Shown: positions 35,417 to 44,991 of the stretch, piece by piece
Layout of the letters: each line of letters begins with the position of its first letter
Position numbering within the stretch: position 1 is the first letter of the stretch
Source of the DNA: a virus
Lineage: Duplodnaviria; Caudoviricetes
IMG/VR virus record: IMGVR_UViG_3300020508_000071
Span: 1-48,580 of that record
Strand: one strand, 5' to 3'
DNA: 48,580 nucleotides
Translations under genes and position numbers: made by a program
The notes under the pieces: model-generated
The model's input: only the letters and a program-made list of their open reading frames with translations
Told to the model about the DNA's origin: nothing
The model's database searches: none

Positions 35417-35421
35417 GTATT

Positions 35422-35697
35422 TTAGGACGCTGCATTAGACATATTCAAGTAAATGTTTTTCTTTTTACACTCTTTGATAATCAAATCTTTAATCTGATCT
35501 AAGTAGTAGTAAAAATCATCATAACACTCCGCAGATGCTAAGATGCCGTCAATTCTTCTATCTTGGGACATTCTGTCCAAAGATTCTGCCAAGTCTCCCG
35601 CTAACTTTTCAGTTAAACGAGTGGCATGAAATTGCAACATCGCATCAGAAAGTGATGAAACATACTCTTGTACAACAGACTTCTGTTCTTTGTTCAT
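35422..35697 (-). CDS. hypothetical protein
   Basis: GAGGTG SD; followed by a terminator. Confidence 0.7.
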   Translation of the reverse strand: MNKEQKSVVQEYVSSLSDAMLQFHATRLTEKLAGDLAESLDRMSQDRRIDGILASAECYDDFYYYLDQIKDLIIKECKKKNIYLNMSNAAS

Positions 35698-35699
35698 AG

Positions 35700-36074
35700 G
35701 TGTTCACCTCTATGGTAAACGAGATTTTTAAGATACAAAAATTGGAGGAACTCCTCCAATACAATTGGGGTAATTTCTTAGACCATGTGCTTCTTATGCG
35801 TAAGGTCATGGAAGATGTACGTGATACACAATTTAAAGAAATAAAGCAAGAAAAAATTCCTGATAGACAGGTGAAATTTTCTGTAACTAAATTCTATGCA
35901 ATCGATAGCTTAAAAATACCGTCATCTAACTACGCCTTAGAATTTTGGATTGAATACACAATACCAAAAGGCACAGGCGTAGTCATAGGAACAAATATTT
36001 ATTTGCTTAGTTTTCAAGGAGACATTCTGTTGAATGAATCCTTTGGAACTCACTTTATACCGCAAAGTTCTTAA
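35700..36074 (+). CDS. hypothetical protein
   Basis: 124-aa ORF. Confidence 0.55.
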   Translation: MFTSMVNEIFKIQKLEELLQYNWGNFLDHVLLMRKVMEDVRDTQFKEIKQEKIPDRQVKFSVTKFYAIDSLKIPSSNYALEFWIEYTIPKGTGVVIGTNIYLLSFQGDILLNESFGTHFIPQSS

Positions 36075-36379
36075 ACAATGTCCATAACCTTTATGGACTT
36101 GCCATCTTGATCAAGAACTTCATCTTCGAATACTATGGTATCTTCTTTTGCTTCATATTGCAAGCCAAGATTATATGAATCTAACATCGCTTTTTTATCA
36201 TCTCTGGAAGCAACCACATAACAATAATCATCTGATTTTTTCATATTGCCATTTTTGTCTTCTTGAAGAATTCCAATATCTAATTTGACGCCATCTGGCA
36301 GTATCAATTGAACAGAACCATGTTCCAACAATTGAGAAATTATAAGATACTGAAGTTTCCGTGTTCTTGCATCAATCAT
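36071..36379 (-). CDS. hypothetical protein
   Basis: 102-aa ORF with an AAGGT SD. Confidence 0.65.
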   Translation of the reverse strand: MIDARTRKLQYLIISQLLEHGSVQLILPDGVKLDIGILQEDKNGNMKKSDDYCYVVASRDDKKAMLDSYNLGLQYEAKEDTIVFEDEVLDQDGKSIKVMDIV

Positions 36380-36442
36380 TGTTATTACCTCTTCTTTGTA
36401 ATAAACGGAATTGCACTGTATTTATCCTTATGACTTGGCAAT

Positions 36443-36889
36443 TCAGAATAAATCGATAGAACCGGGTAAAAGTATATTAAATTCAAATCCTTCAAAATTT
36501 CCCTTTTTAGTTTCACTGTCTGGTTTCAGCAATTGACCATTATTTGATCTAATAGTCCAACAATAAATTTTTTTATTGTTTTTAATAAATTCTGCATAGC
36601 AAAGATTTACATCACCAAGAAATGCTCTGCCCAAATTGCAAACTATCGTAAAGGGCAAAAAAGGAGTGTAATATGGCTGTATCTGAAGAGATTCCAAGAA
36701 AAAGGTGCCATAATTAGATTTACTATAACATATGAAAATTTCATGTCCATCTACCGAAATTGTTTTTTGCTTTAATAACAACACATCTTCCTCATCATCA
36801 ACACTTGATAATGGAAATGTATTAAGAACAAGCGTTTCAGCCATTCTTTTCATTTCTTCTATGTGCGTTTTTAAAGTTTTGTTAATCAT
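36443..36889 (-). CDS. hypothetical protein
   Basis: 148-aa ORF. Confidence 0.65.
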   Translation of the reverse strand: MINKTLKTHIEEMKRMAETLVLNTFPLSSVDDEEDVLLLKQKTISVDGHEIFICYSKSNYGTFFLESLQIQPYYTPFLPFTIVCNLGRAFLGDVNLCYAEFIKNNKKIYCWTIRSNNGQLLKPDSETKKGNFEGFEFNILLPGSIDLF

Positions 36890-36922
36890 AAAAATTATTT
36901 AGTACTTAAATAATGTATAAAA

Positions 36923-37978
36923 TCATTTTGAAAATTTTCTGTTGTAAAGCAAATCATTCATTAATTCTTCATCATCATAATCTATGTTAATCTCATTGCA
37001 AAACTTTTCATAAAAATCCAAGAAATTTCTATACGATTCAAATCTGCCAGAATGTGAAAAAACACCAGTTTTCCTATTAGTGTGAATATTTTTTATAATC
37101 CTAGAAGCAAACCAATTTTTAACTTGTGTTAGACCTTCGCTACAAGGTTGATCAAATCCCATGATGCCAAACACATCTTGAGGATCTAGCCATAATAGTC
37201 CACTCCAAGGGTTGCCTACTTCGTATTTTTTTGGAAGCGGAAGATCTTTAGTGACATCAACAAAATGCAACAATAATCGAATCCAATTTTTTACTGCAAA
37301 GCTATCAAGACACATTGCCGCTTCGCCTATACGAAACTCAATTGTTTTTTTCCTGCTGTTGTAATTTTTATATTCGTTAAAACCTCCACCCTTTAAAAAA
37401 TGGTAAGCATTCAAAGAATAATATTTCACAAGCGATACGGCTTCCAATAAATTATTTGGAGTTATTTGAAAGTTTGTAGTAATAAAATCAGTCATACCCA
37501 GCATTTGACAATATCGATTAATTTTTCTGTGTGAAGGCACCGAATCCATAAAAACGTGTTCACATTTTATGTACCAAGCAATCACAGAAGCTAGTTGGTT
37601 AATATTGAGGTCCGCAATATTTACGTGTACGTGCAGAGAGCAGCGATCATCAGCCCTGATTGAGTTTTTACGAAAAGCTTCAACAACCTTGACCAGATCA
37701 CAAATACCCTTGTAACCTTTTAAAACTGGTGTGCAAACTTCCATTCCACAACTACGATCTGGCTTGATAATCCACTCTTCGTTGTTGTAGTTGTAATCCC
37801 AGCATTGAATCTCTACAGGGGCTTTCAGAGTACGTCTTATCAGGATGGCAACCCTATCAGCACCAAGAGGGATTTCATTTTTAGATTTATCGAGTTTTTT
37901 TACGATGCCATCTGCGGTATTTAGCTCAAGCTCTACACCGAATCTTCTATAGTTTTCGCAATTTAATAGTCTATCCAT
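36923..37978 (-). CDS. putative amidoligase (COOH-NH2 ligase family)
   Basis: FGVELE, W.IKPD.S, E..TPVL, CSLHVHV, KY.SLN and TIEFR motifs. Confidence 0.85.
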   Translation of the reverse strand: MDRLLNCENYRRFGVELELNTADGIVKKLDKSKNEIPLGADRVAILIRRTLKAPVEIQCWDYNYNNEEWIIKPDRSCGMEVCTPVLKGYKGICDLVKVVEAFRKNSIRADDRCSLHVHVNIADLNINQLASVIAWYIKCEHVFMDSVPSHRKINRYCQMLGMTDFITTNFQITPNNLLEAVSLVKYYSLNAYHFLKGGGFNEYKNYNSRKKTIEFRIGEAAMCLDSFAVKNWIRLLLHFVDVTKDLPLPKKYEVGNPWSGLLWLDPQDVFGIMGFDQPCSEGLTQVKNWFASRIIKNIHTNRKTGVFSHSGRFESYRNFLDFYEKFCNEINIDYDDEELMNDLLYNRKFSK

Positions 37979-37986
37979 AAGAAGTA

Positions 37987-38015
37987 ATTTTATGTATAAT
38001 TAATGTACTTGTCAA
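37987..38015 (-). promoter_or_regulatory. sigma70-type promoter giving a near-leaderless transcript
   Basis: TTGACA-N17-TAAAAT ending 8 nt before the ATG at 37978. Confidence 0.65.
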
Positions 38016-38022
38016 TCTTTAT

Positions 38023-38514
38023 TTGGAGCTAGATTTAGTCATGAAAGAAAAATGCATCTTAATAAAAACAAAAGATAATCGAAAATTTTTCACACAAGAA
38101 AGCAACCTAATTTCCATACTAGAGTATGTAAAAACATTCAAAGCGGAAGTTGAGCTTGTAGAAGTCGAAAAAGGCACAAAAATTTTAGAATTGAAGGGTT
38201 TAACGGTTGCTTTATGCGATCCCAATTTTAAATCCGATCTCCAGTATGAAAAAATCAAGGATTTATATCCAAGCAAGAAAAAAGAACGACAATCGATGCT
38301 TGTAGAAGCTAAAACAATTCGTGATTTCATTCGAACAGATTTCGTTTCTGGAAGAACTGTGTCCCTAAAAGAGGTGAAAGCAAAGTATCATAAACACAAC
38401 CTTACTGATGCTTGCCTTTGTAATCACATCACTGTAGTTCGAAGACAACTTATGAAAGAAGGCTTTGAATTTCAAAAAATCGGTGCTGGAGAATATCGCA
38501 TAGCACAGAAATAA
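38023..38514 (+). CDS. hypothetical protein, possible C-terminal winged helix
   Basis: 163-aa ORF followed by a bidirectional terminator. Confidence 0.65.
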   Translation: MELDLVMKEKCILIKTKDNRKFFTQESNLISILEYVKTFKAEVELVEVEKGTKILELKGLTVALCDPNFKSDLQYEKIKDLYPSKKKERQSMLVEAKTIRDFIRTDFVSGRTVSLKEVKAKYHKHNLTDACLCNHITVVRRQLMKEGFEFQKIGAGEYRIAQK

Positions 38515-38518
38515 CTAT

Positions 38519-38559
38519 AAAAAAAAGGGGCAGAATAATTTCTGCCCCTTTTTTGTTTT
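38519..38559. terminator. bidirectional intrinsic terminator
   Basis: A-tract, GGGGCAGAA/TTCTGCCCC stem and T-tract between convergent genes. Confidence 0.9.
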
Positions 38560-38565
38560 GAAGAT

Positions 38566-39834
38566 TTATTCTTCATTTTCTGAAGTATCTTCTTCGTCGC
38601 TTTCGTTGTCGTAACCTTCAGTCTCAAAGGGATTTCCGTCAGCATCAAAATCAACTGTTTTCTCGCCGTATTCGCCGCTTTCCGATGCTTTTAGACCTGC
38701 TCCCCAAAAGCCAAGATATTCTTCAACTTCATCAGAAGTTTCTGCATCTACAAGTTTAGGGCAGTCAATAATAACCTGAGATGGTAATCTATTCTCGGCT
38801 TTGCTAGCCTTGAACTTGTACTCTGTTGTCCCTTCAGGAAGATATGCTGGCTTTACGATGTAATTGCCACCACTCTTCATTTCTACTCTTTCGCCTTCGA
38901 GAAGACAATTGAGCAAGCCAGACATTGGGTCAATTCCATTTTCAAAATAAAGCTTCACATCATCTGCAATAACAAAAGGTCGGAATCCACGATTCTTTAT
39001 GTTCTTGACTTGCATGTTAATGCCACTAAACTTCTCAAGTTTTTTATGCTCGATTTTTTTCTTAGCAGCAGTTCTGATTCTTAAAGATGCGTAAAATTTG
39101 ACTGCATTACCACCCGGAGTAGTTTCTGGCGAACCATACATGACTCCAATCTTATCTCTCGTTTGATTGATAAGATATACAGTTACATCTTGCTCTTTTA
39201 CCATGGCTTGCAGCTTACGCATCTCGTTGCTAATTACTTTAGCACGCTCACCGGGCTGCTCTTGGCGACCAACTATTTTCTTCCAGTCCGCAACGCTGTA
39301 ATCAAGAGGAAGATTGTTTTCTTTTAATTCACGTTCACACGGAGGAACGGTCAAGCTATCAAAGACAAACAATATTGGTTTTCGCTCAAGCTTCAATTCT
39401 TTTTCACGTTCTCTAATCTTTTTCGTAGTAACGTGAATTTGACGAAAGGCTCTTTCAAGACTTGGAGGACTGTAACGTAAAACTCTTTTCAAATTCAAAT
39501 GGCTAATCTTTTTCATAAACTCGCCATTCGTGGCATTCTCGCAATCAAGAATTACCGGCCATCCGCCTTGCTTTTGCATAGATCCTAGCAAATTGGCACC
39601 AATCAATGATTTGCCAGAAGCCTCTCCACCAAAAGCCTCTGTTATTCTGCCTCCGGGAACACCTCCGGGAATGCATTTACCAGAACAAGAATAATTGATA
39701 GCCAGATTTCCCGTATCAATTCGGAATTTAACACTTTCAAGATCAGATAAAACATCTCCTCCAGTCTCTGATGCCAATGTACTAAACAATTCGTCTAAAT
39801 CCATGTCTTCCGCATTTGTTTTCTTTTTCGCCAT
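38566..39834 (-). CDS. RecA/UvsX-like recombinase
   Basis: IDTGN, GRITE.FG.EASGKS, FVFDSL, INQTRDKIGVMYGSPETTPGGNAVKFYASLRI. Confidence 0.93.
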   Translation of the reverse strand: MAKKKTNAEDMDLDELFSTLASETGGDVLSDLESVKFRIDTGNLAINYSCSGKCIPGGVPGGRITEAFGGEASGKSLIGANLLGSMQKQGGWPVILDCENATNGEFMKKISHLNLKRVLRYSPPSLERAFRQIHVTTKKIREREKELKLERKPILFVFDSLTVPPCERELKENNLPLDYSVADWKKIVGRQEQPGERAKVISNEMRKLQAMVKEQDVTVYLINQTRDKIGVMYGSPETTPGGNAVKFYASLRIRTAAKKKIEHKKLEKFSGINMQVKNIKNRGFRPFVIADDVKLYFENGIDPMSGLLNCLLEGERVEMKSGGNYIVKPAYLPEGTTEYKFKASKAENRLPSQVIIDCPKLVDAETSDEVEEYLGFWGAGLKASESGEYGEKTVDFDADGNPFETEGYDNESDEEDTSENEE

Positions 39835-39863
39835 AATTGTATTTTCTCCGTTAAAAGTTGTTC

Positions 39864-39893
39864 AAAAAAATGGGCGGCGTTTCCGCCGCCCAT
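39864..39893 (-). terminator. intrinsic terminator
   Basis: ATGGGCGGCG-GAAA-CGCCGCCCAT followed by a U-tract. Confidence 0.9.
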
Positions 39894-39917
39894 AAGGTTC
39901 GCTATCAGGCTAAATTT

Positions 39918-40955
39918 TTAGCCTTCCATGCCTTCAAGTTCCTTGAGGAAATCTTCGTCCTCAATTGACAAGTCCTCGCTTGGAGGAGCAGAGACTTTAA
40001 GACTTTCAGTTTTGGTAACTACTGGCTTGCTTGAAGGAACGCCTTCAGGAACACTGACTTGTGTTCTATTGCTTGCCTGTTCAGCCATTTCTTGCACTTC
40101 ATCAGAAGCTTTCTTGCCCCACTTTGCATCAAATGTCTCGATGTCCATCGATTCGGTTTCATCAGCGATAAGACCACGATGAATTGCCAACTCTTTTTCA
40201 AGATAATCGACATCTTTGGGGTTTCGAAGCTTGGTAAGATCGTGGAGGCTTGCAGCCCACTTAGCAACTTCTTCTGGGGTGCCAGCAGGTGATGGATTGC
40301 GTGCAAAGCCAGATGAATCGTACTTTGGAAAACCATCTTGCCCAAGAGTAACAGCCTTGCGAATGATGAAATCATATCCATTCTTCAAGTCGGCAATATT
40401 TCCAAGCTTAGAATCAGGATCTCCTTCATTTCCAACGATAGCTTTGATGATCATCGAATGGAGAATCTTGCCCACAGAAAGAATTCTTGGACCAACATTC
40501 TTGATTTCCTTATTATCGACCACCATAGTGCGTACAACAGCGTTGTAGTAGTATCGCTCAACTGGCTTGAGTTCACGAGCTTCCGCCTTCAAAGCTTCGG
40601 CTTGTGGGCAATCCTTGCCAAATTGCTTTTCAATTTTCTCAATTTGTTTCCACAGGCTGCTGTAATAGTCGCAAATCGGACATGGGACATTACGTTCCCA
40701 CTTTCCATTTACTAATGGTCTTGGGCAATGAACGCTACGGTTGTTGATTTTGTGAGTGCGATTGTACTGAAAAAGCTTTCCGCCTTTAATTGGCGGAAGA
40801 ATTCTTACAGCAACAGATCCCGTTTGTCCCGGTTTTACTTCTGGCATCGGTACAAATTGGTCCAGAAAACCACCTGCACCAGCACCACCTTCATTGGCTA
40901 GACGAGCATCCTCGCCTGCCATTTCTTCTAAATTCAATGTTCCAAATTCAGCCAT
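39918..40955 (-). CDS. T4 gp32-like single-stranded DNA-binding protein
   Basis: VRILPP, CPICDY, RYYYNAVVR, GYDFIIRK and YDSSGF motifs, acidic tail; adjacent to the recombinase. Confidence 0.85.
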   Translation of the reverse strand: MAEFGTLNLEEMAGEDARLANEGGAGAGGFLDQFVPMPEVKPGQTGSVAVRILPPIKGGKLFQYNRTHKINNRSVHCPRPLVNGKWERNVPCPICDYYSSLWKQIEKIEKQFGKDCPQAEALKAEARELKPVERYYYNAVVRTMVVDNKEIKNVGPRILSVGKILHSMIIKAIVGNEGDPDSKLGNIADLKNGYDFIIRKAVTLGQDGFPKYDSSGFARNPSPAGTPEEVAKWAASLHDLTKLRNPKDVDYLEKELAIHRGLIADETESMDIETFDAKWGKKASDEVQEMAEQASNRTQVSVPEGVPSSKPVVTKTESLKVSAPPSEDLSIEDEDFLKELEGMEG

Positions 40956-41030
40956 AGTAATCCTCCGTACTTTTTAAAAAGTTTGTAATTGTAAATTCAT
41001 CGTCATGGCTTTGACGTGAACAACAGTAAT

Positions 41031-41059
41031 CTTATAGAAGTTATCGGAGAATAAGTCAA
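41031..41059 (-). promoter_or_regulatory. possible sigma70-type promoter for the SSB gene
   Basis: TTGACT-N17-TATAAG. Confidence 0.45.
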
Positions 41060-41086
41060 GAATCTTTAAGGCAAATATTTAAAATC

Positions 41087-41584
41087 TTAAGTTGTGCTTA
41101 TTTCTTCATGACCGGGAGCCTTGCTTATTGTTACTTCTGCTACTTCTTTTCTTGGCTTTTGAACATATTGTGCTTCAGGCAAAGACTCAAACCCAGCAGA
41201 TTGCTGATCGTTAGCTAACTGATTATGTAGATAACTGAGTTTATCATTCAACTCAAACAGTCCTTTAGATTCTAAATCTAAATTTATCTTTCTCCTTTTT
41301 TCTAGGTTTTCTTCATATTCATTCTCCAAAGCTTGAAGAATCTTTGCGTTTTTCTCCAGTTGGGTTAAAGTCGCATCGTTCATGTTCATCAAAAGCTCAT
41401 CAGAATATTCAGCAACGCCTGTCATGGCCTTCCTAAGCTTAGAAACACGCTTAAACTTCTTGTTCAATTTGTTTTCTAGGATCTTTGGTGCTCGCAATGC
41501 ATCTCTCCGTGCAAGAACCTTCTTTCGAGCTTCTTTTTCGTGTTCTTTTTTCTTTTCAAGCTTTCTTTTGGTTTTGTTATCCAT
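41087..41584 (-). CDS. basic coiled-coil hypothetical protein
   Basis: 165-aa ORF with an AAAGGA SD. Confidence 0.65.
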   Translation of the reverse strand: MDNKTKRKLEKKKEHEKEARKKVLARRDALRAPKILENKLNKKFKRVSKLRKAMTGVAEYSDELLMNMNDATLTQLEKNAKILQALENEYEENLEKRRKINLDLESKGLFELNDKLSYLHNQLANDQQSAGFESLPEAQYVQKPRKEVAEVTISKAPGHEEISTT

Positions 41585-41616
41585 GATTTTCCTTTCTAAT
41601 TTTTAACTTCAAAGTA

Positions 41617-42498
41617 TTATCGACGTGATCGCAAATCAGGCACAGCCAAAAGATCGTCTGGAATACTTCCATCATCTATCGGAAAACTGCGATTAGACGA
41701 ACCATAAGCTCTCGGATCTGATGTGTCCATGACCATTTCGTCTTCAAATGCGAGCTTCGGTTTTCTGACATCTCTTCCACTTGAACCTGAAAAGTTAAGC
41801 TGCTTGTCAGCAAGCAGCCCCGTTCCTGATGCAATAAAAAACTTCTCTTCGACAATCGCAACCTTACCACTATCATCCGTTAGTGCAATTTTTTGCAATT
41901 CTAATTTACCAGTTGGGTGCTGTACAACTTGGTGAACATTATATTCTTTATCAGGTGTTAACTTTAATCCCAGCTTTCTTGTTTCAGGCATGTAATGCGG
42001 AGCAGGATCAAAAATAACCTTGTACATAACTCTATTTTGATTAATTGGAGGCAAAGGAGCTTTTTTCACTGGCACGGGCTTGTTTGCATTAACATACAGT
42101 GAATCTAAGTTTTGCGTTTGATTTTGCATAGCAACCATTTCATGTGGTTGCATATTAGATGTAACTTGCATTTGAGGAACAGAAATTTCCTCAACAATGT
42201 CTTCAGCAATCATTTGGGCCGCTTCATTGAAAGAATATCTTTTACCCTTGAGCGTGATTCCCTTGCCATCTTTACATTCTTTGAAATTGATTTCCTTTTT
42301 TACCAATTCAAAAACCTGCACATCAATAACCCAAATGTCTCGTCGTGCAAGAAGTGCCATAATTGCAGCAGCCGCCTTTTCAAGAGGAGTATCATCAAGT
42401 GACTTGCCAACTTTTAAAATTTTTTCTTCTTTGTGCTCTGTATCATATACACCCCCTTCTTTTCTTGGGTGGTAAGTATATTTGACTTCGAATCCCAT
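41617..42498 (-). CDS. hypothetical protein
   Basis: 293-aa ORF with a GAGG SD. Confidence 0.75.
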   Translation of the reverse strand: MGFEVKYTYHPRKEGGVYDTEHKEEKILKVGKSLDDTPLEKAAAAIMALLARRDIWVIDVQVFELVKKEINFKECKDGKGITLKGKRYSFNEAAQMIAEDIVEEISVPQMQVTSNMQPHEMVAMQNQTQNLDSLYVNANKPVPVKKAPLPPINQNRVMYKVIFDPAPHYMPETRKLGLKLTPDKEYNVHQVVQHPTGKLELQKIALTDDSGKVAIVEEKFFIASGTGLLADKQLNFSGSSGRDVRKPKLAFEDEMVMDTSDPRAYGSSNRSFPIDDGSIPDDLLAVPDLRSRR

Positions 42499-42508
42499 AT
42501 TTGCCTCT

Positions 42509-43108
42509 TTATCTGATCACAATTCCAATTCCATACCTTGTCTTAAATAAGACAGGTTCTCTATTTTTTATTTGACAAAACCTTTGAAAGCTCGCAAAGA
42601 TCTGAGTGTCATGAATGTAATCAACAACTAAAAAACCATCAGGCTTTAAGCAATTCCATAATAAATCTAATGAAATTTCAGTCTTTTTGATGTCAAAGCT
42701 TTCGGAAAGAAATGCCATATCTGCTACTTTTTCTACGTTTGTATCAAAATTCTTAGTAGAAAAATCCAAATCTTTTATGGTAATTTTTGGACATCCAGCT
42801 AACTTTAAGTTTGATTCTACAAACCTAGAATTTTGATTTTTTCCATCGAAAGATATCCACTCACGAACGGTTTTGCATCCTTTTATAAAACAAGCTCCGA
42901 CCAATCCTAAATTACAGCCTATTTGACATACCACTTGCGGATTAGATTCCATTCCTAAGCGAAAATAAAATGGCAAATAATTAGGATCGCTAAATGCTGG
43001 AGATTGTTTTGAAGAATTGTTTGGCAATTTTACTTGCGGCAATAAAACATCCGTAGAAATAGAATGGTTCAAAAACTTTGAGTTTAATTCTTCAAGATTG
43101 CAATACAT
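42509..43108 (-). CDS. divergent methyltransferase-fold protein
   Basis: QIGCNLGL and LKPDGFLVVD resemble class I methyltransferase motifs. Confidence 0.55.
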   Translation of the reverse strand: MYCNLEELNSKFLNHSISTDVLLPQVKLPNNSSKQSPAFSDPNYLPFYFRLGMESNPQVVCQIGCNLGLVGACFIKGCKTVREWISFDGKNQNSRFVESNLKLAGCPKITIKDLDFSTKNFDTNVEKVADMAFLSESFDIKKTEISLDLLWNCLKPDGFLVVDYIHDTQIFASFQRFCQIKNREPVLFKTRYGIGIVIR

Positions 43109-43146
43109 AAAATAAAAGAGCGTCAAGAATTTATTCTTGACGCTCT
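43109..43146 (-). terminator. intrinsic terminator-like hairpin
   Basis: AGAGCGTCAAGAAT/ATTCTTGACGCTCT inverted repeat followed by TTTATTTT on -. Confidence 0.75.
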
Positions 43147-43280
43147 GGCAGATGGTGTTTGTTGAGACATCTTGTCTCGATAGCCGCAGTCAATGTTGTT
43201 TTTGTTAATCACTTTACAAAAGAACACTTGCCATCTTAAATAAAATAGTGGTCAATACACAAAAAATTTTTGGAGCACAA

Positions 43281-43547
43281 ATGGATACAATTGATGAAAT
43301 GATGTATTTGGCAGGAGTAATATCTGAAGAAACTATTCAAGAAGCAAAAAATGATATCAAACATTATATGTTTTTCTCAAACTTGCACACAATCAAAGAA
43401 AAAGTAGACAAGCTCTTATCCATGGATCAAAAGAGAATTGATAAAATGTTGGATGATGGTCATGATTGGGCCGCAGAGCATGTTGCCACAAGCAAAGATG
43501 ATTTAGAAGAAGTGTACAACTGGATCTCTTCTTCGTTTAGGAATTAA
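43281..43547 (+). CDS. conserved large-phage hypothetical protein
   Basis: GGAG SD; YMFFSNL...GHDWAAEH pattern. Confidence 0.65.
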   Translation: MDTIDEMMYLAGVISEETIQEAKNDIKHYMFFSNLHTIKEKVDKLLSMDQKRIDKMLDDGHDWAAEHVATSKDDLEEVYNWISSSFRN

Positions 43548-43992
43548 ATCTAGAATTGTGAGCTTCTAAGATTTTATTGTAAACATAAGTATTTGGTGTG
43601 TACTTCTTAAAGTATACCCTATCGGTGTTTGGTCCCCATAAAGAAACCGCTAAAGCCGCAGCTACAGCAGGGGAACGCGATGCCCCAAATTCACAATGAA
43701 CAAGCAAACACTCAATTTTTGGCAAAACCTCATAGGTAAAATCAATAATTTGATTTGCTTGCAAGTCGGTAAAATTATTTGGATCTTCAAAATTTCTATC
43801 AAGAAAGCACAAGCGTAGCACATCCACTCTATGATCTTCATTTAAATCCGCAAACATGCCTTCATCTGAAGATATAGAAATAGCCGCCCAAGCAACATCT
43901 GATTTGAACTGTTTGGCTTTTGACTTAGACATAACTTGAATATCAATTATTTTATTATTCATTTTTTCGCCTTGAAATTTCATGAATGACAT
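43537..43992 (-). CDS. predicted protein-tyrosine/dual-specificity phosphatase
   Basis: CX5R motif VHCEFGASRS, plus AISIS and PN..VY. Confidence 0.85.
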   Translation of the reverse strand: MSFMKFQGEKMNNKIIDIQVMSKSKAKQFKSDVAWAAISISSDEGMFADLNEDHRVDVLRLCFLDRNFEDPNNFTDLQANQIIDFTYEVLPKIECLLVHCEFGASRSPAVAAALAVSLWGPNTDRVYFKKYTPNTYVYNKILEAHNSRFNS

Positions 43993-44330
43993 GTTGGTAT
44001 TGAGGTAATGTCTCTTAGCAACTGTCTATCTTTTTGGAACTCTTCATCACCTTCAATGTCTTTAAACAACTGAATAATATCGGCATCGACATCAGAATCA
44101 ATAGAGTAAAAGTATGACGTGTTTTTCCTAAAATCTATGGTAATAACCCCATTATGGTAGTTTTTGCTTATATTTAAGTCCCATACATCTTCCCCCACAA
44201 TATATGTAGACAAATATGTATTTGGAGACACTCTGTTCCAGACCATACCGCAACTCTTGAGCTTTTCTACCATCTCTAAAACAGATGTTTTACGATATAT
44301 TAAATCTAAATTTTCGTTATTTGTTGTCAT
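43980..44330 (-). CDS. hypothetical protein, paralog of 19523..19915
   Basis: EKLKSCGMVW motif. Confidence 0.7.
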   Translation of the reverse strand: MTTNNENLDLIYRKTSVLEMVEKLKSCGMVWNRVSPNTYLSTYIVGEDVWDLNISKNYHNGVITIDFRKNTSYFYSIDSDVDADIIQLFKDIEGDEEFQKDRQLLRDITSIPTCHS

Positions 44331-44369
44331 GAGCTTTATTGAAATTTGTTACATGGAAAGGATAAATCA

Positions 44370-44906
44370 TCAAATTAGTCCATCGATTCCAAGACTATGA
44401 TCAAAGCCAGAATTGTCGTCAAATGAACCAACTGCTTTTGAAACATCTTGATCTAAAGTTGATCCTTGCCACCCTGCATTTCCTAAGATGTCTGAATTCA
44501 ATCGATCCATTTGCTTTCTCAGCATATGACCCATGCTCTGAGCATTATCGTGACTCTTATCCCAAGCTTTTAAGTGATTCTTCAGGCGATTGACCACAAA
44601 TCTAGCTTCGACAATATCACTTCTAAGAGAAGTTACGGTAGGGTCGCATTTAGCTTTTGCCTCTGCAAGCTTGTCACTTGCACCCATTTCCTTGGCTTCA
44701 ACAAAACGTTCACAATAAACTTTTTCCTGCATGTTTTCTTTGTTTTGCAAATTACGCTCAGCCAAAGCTAAGTAATTTCCGAAATTGTCATAGTATCCAC
44801 CTTCAGTTTGAATATATCGACTCAAGGTGTCTTCATCAAATCGCAAATACTCAGGGTCAATGTTGACAGAAAACTTGTCAAATGTAATTTTTTCTACTTT
44901 TCCCAT
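44370..44906 (-). CDS. UvsY-like recombination mediator (putative)
   Basis: Helical coiled-coil pattern (SDKLAEAKAKCDP) and position beside the helicase. Confidence 0.55.
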   Translation of the reverse strand: MGKVEKITFDKFSVNIDPEYLRFDEDTLSRYIQTEGGYYDNFGNYLALAERNLQNKENMQEKVYCERFVEAKEMGASDKLAEAKAKCDPTVTSLRSDIVEARFVVNRLKNHLKAWDKSHDNAQSMGHMLRKQMDRLNSDILGNAGWQGSTLDQDVSKAVGSFDDNSGFDHSLGIDGLI

Positions 44907-44991
44907 TTTTACCTCTTACTTATGCCAAATTCGGCTATTTTACTTTTGTTATGATTTTTTGTAAAGAATTAATCTGACTAAAGAAAAAACG

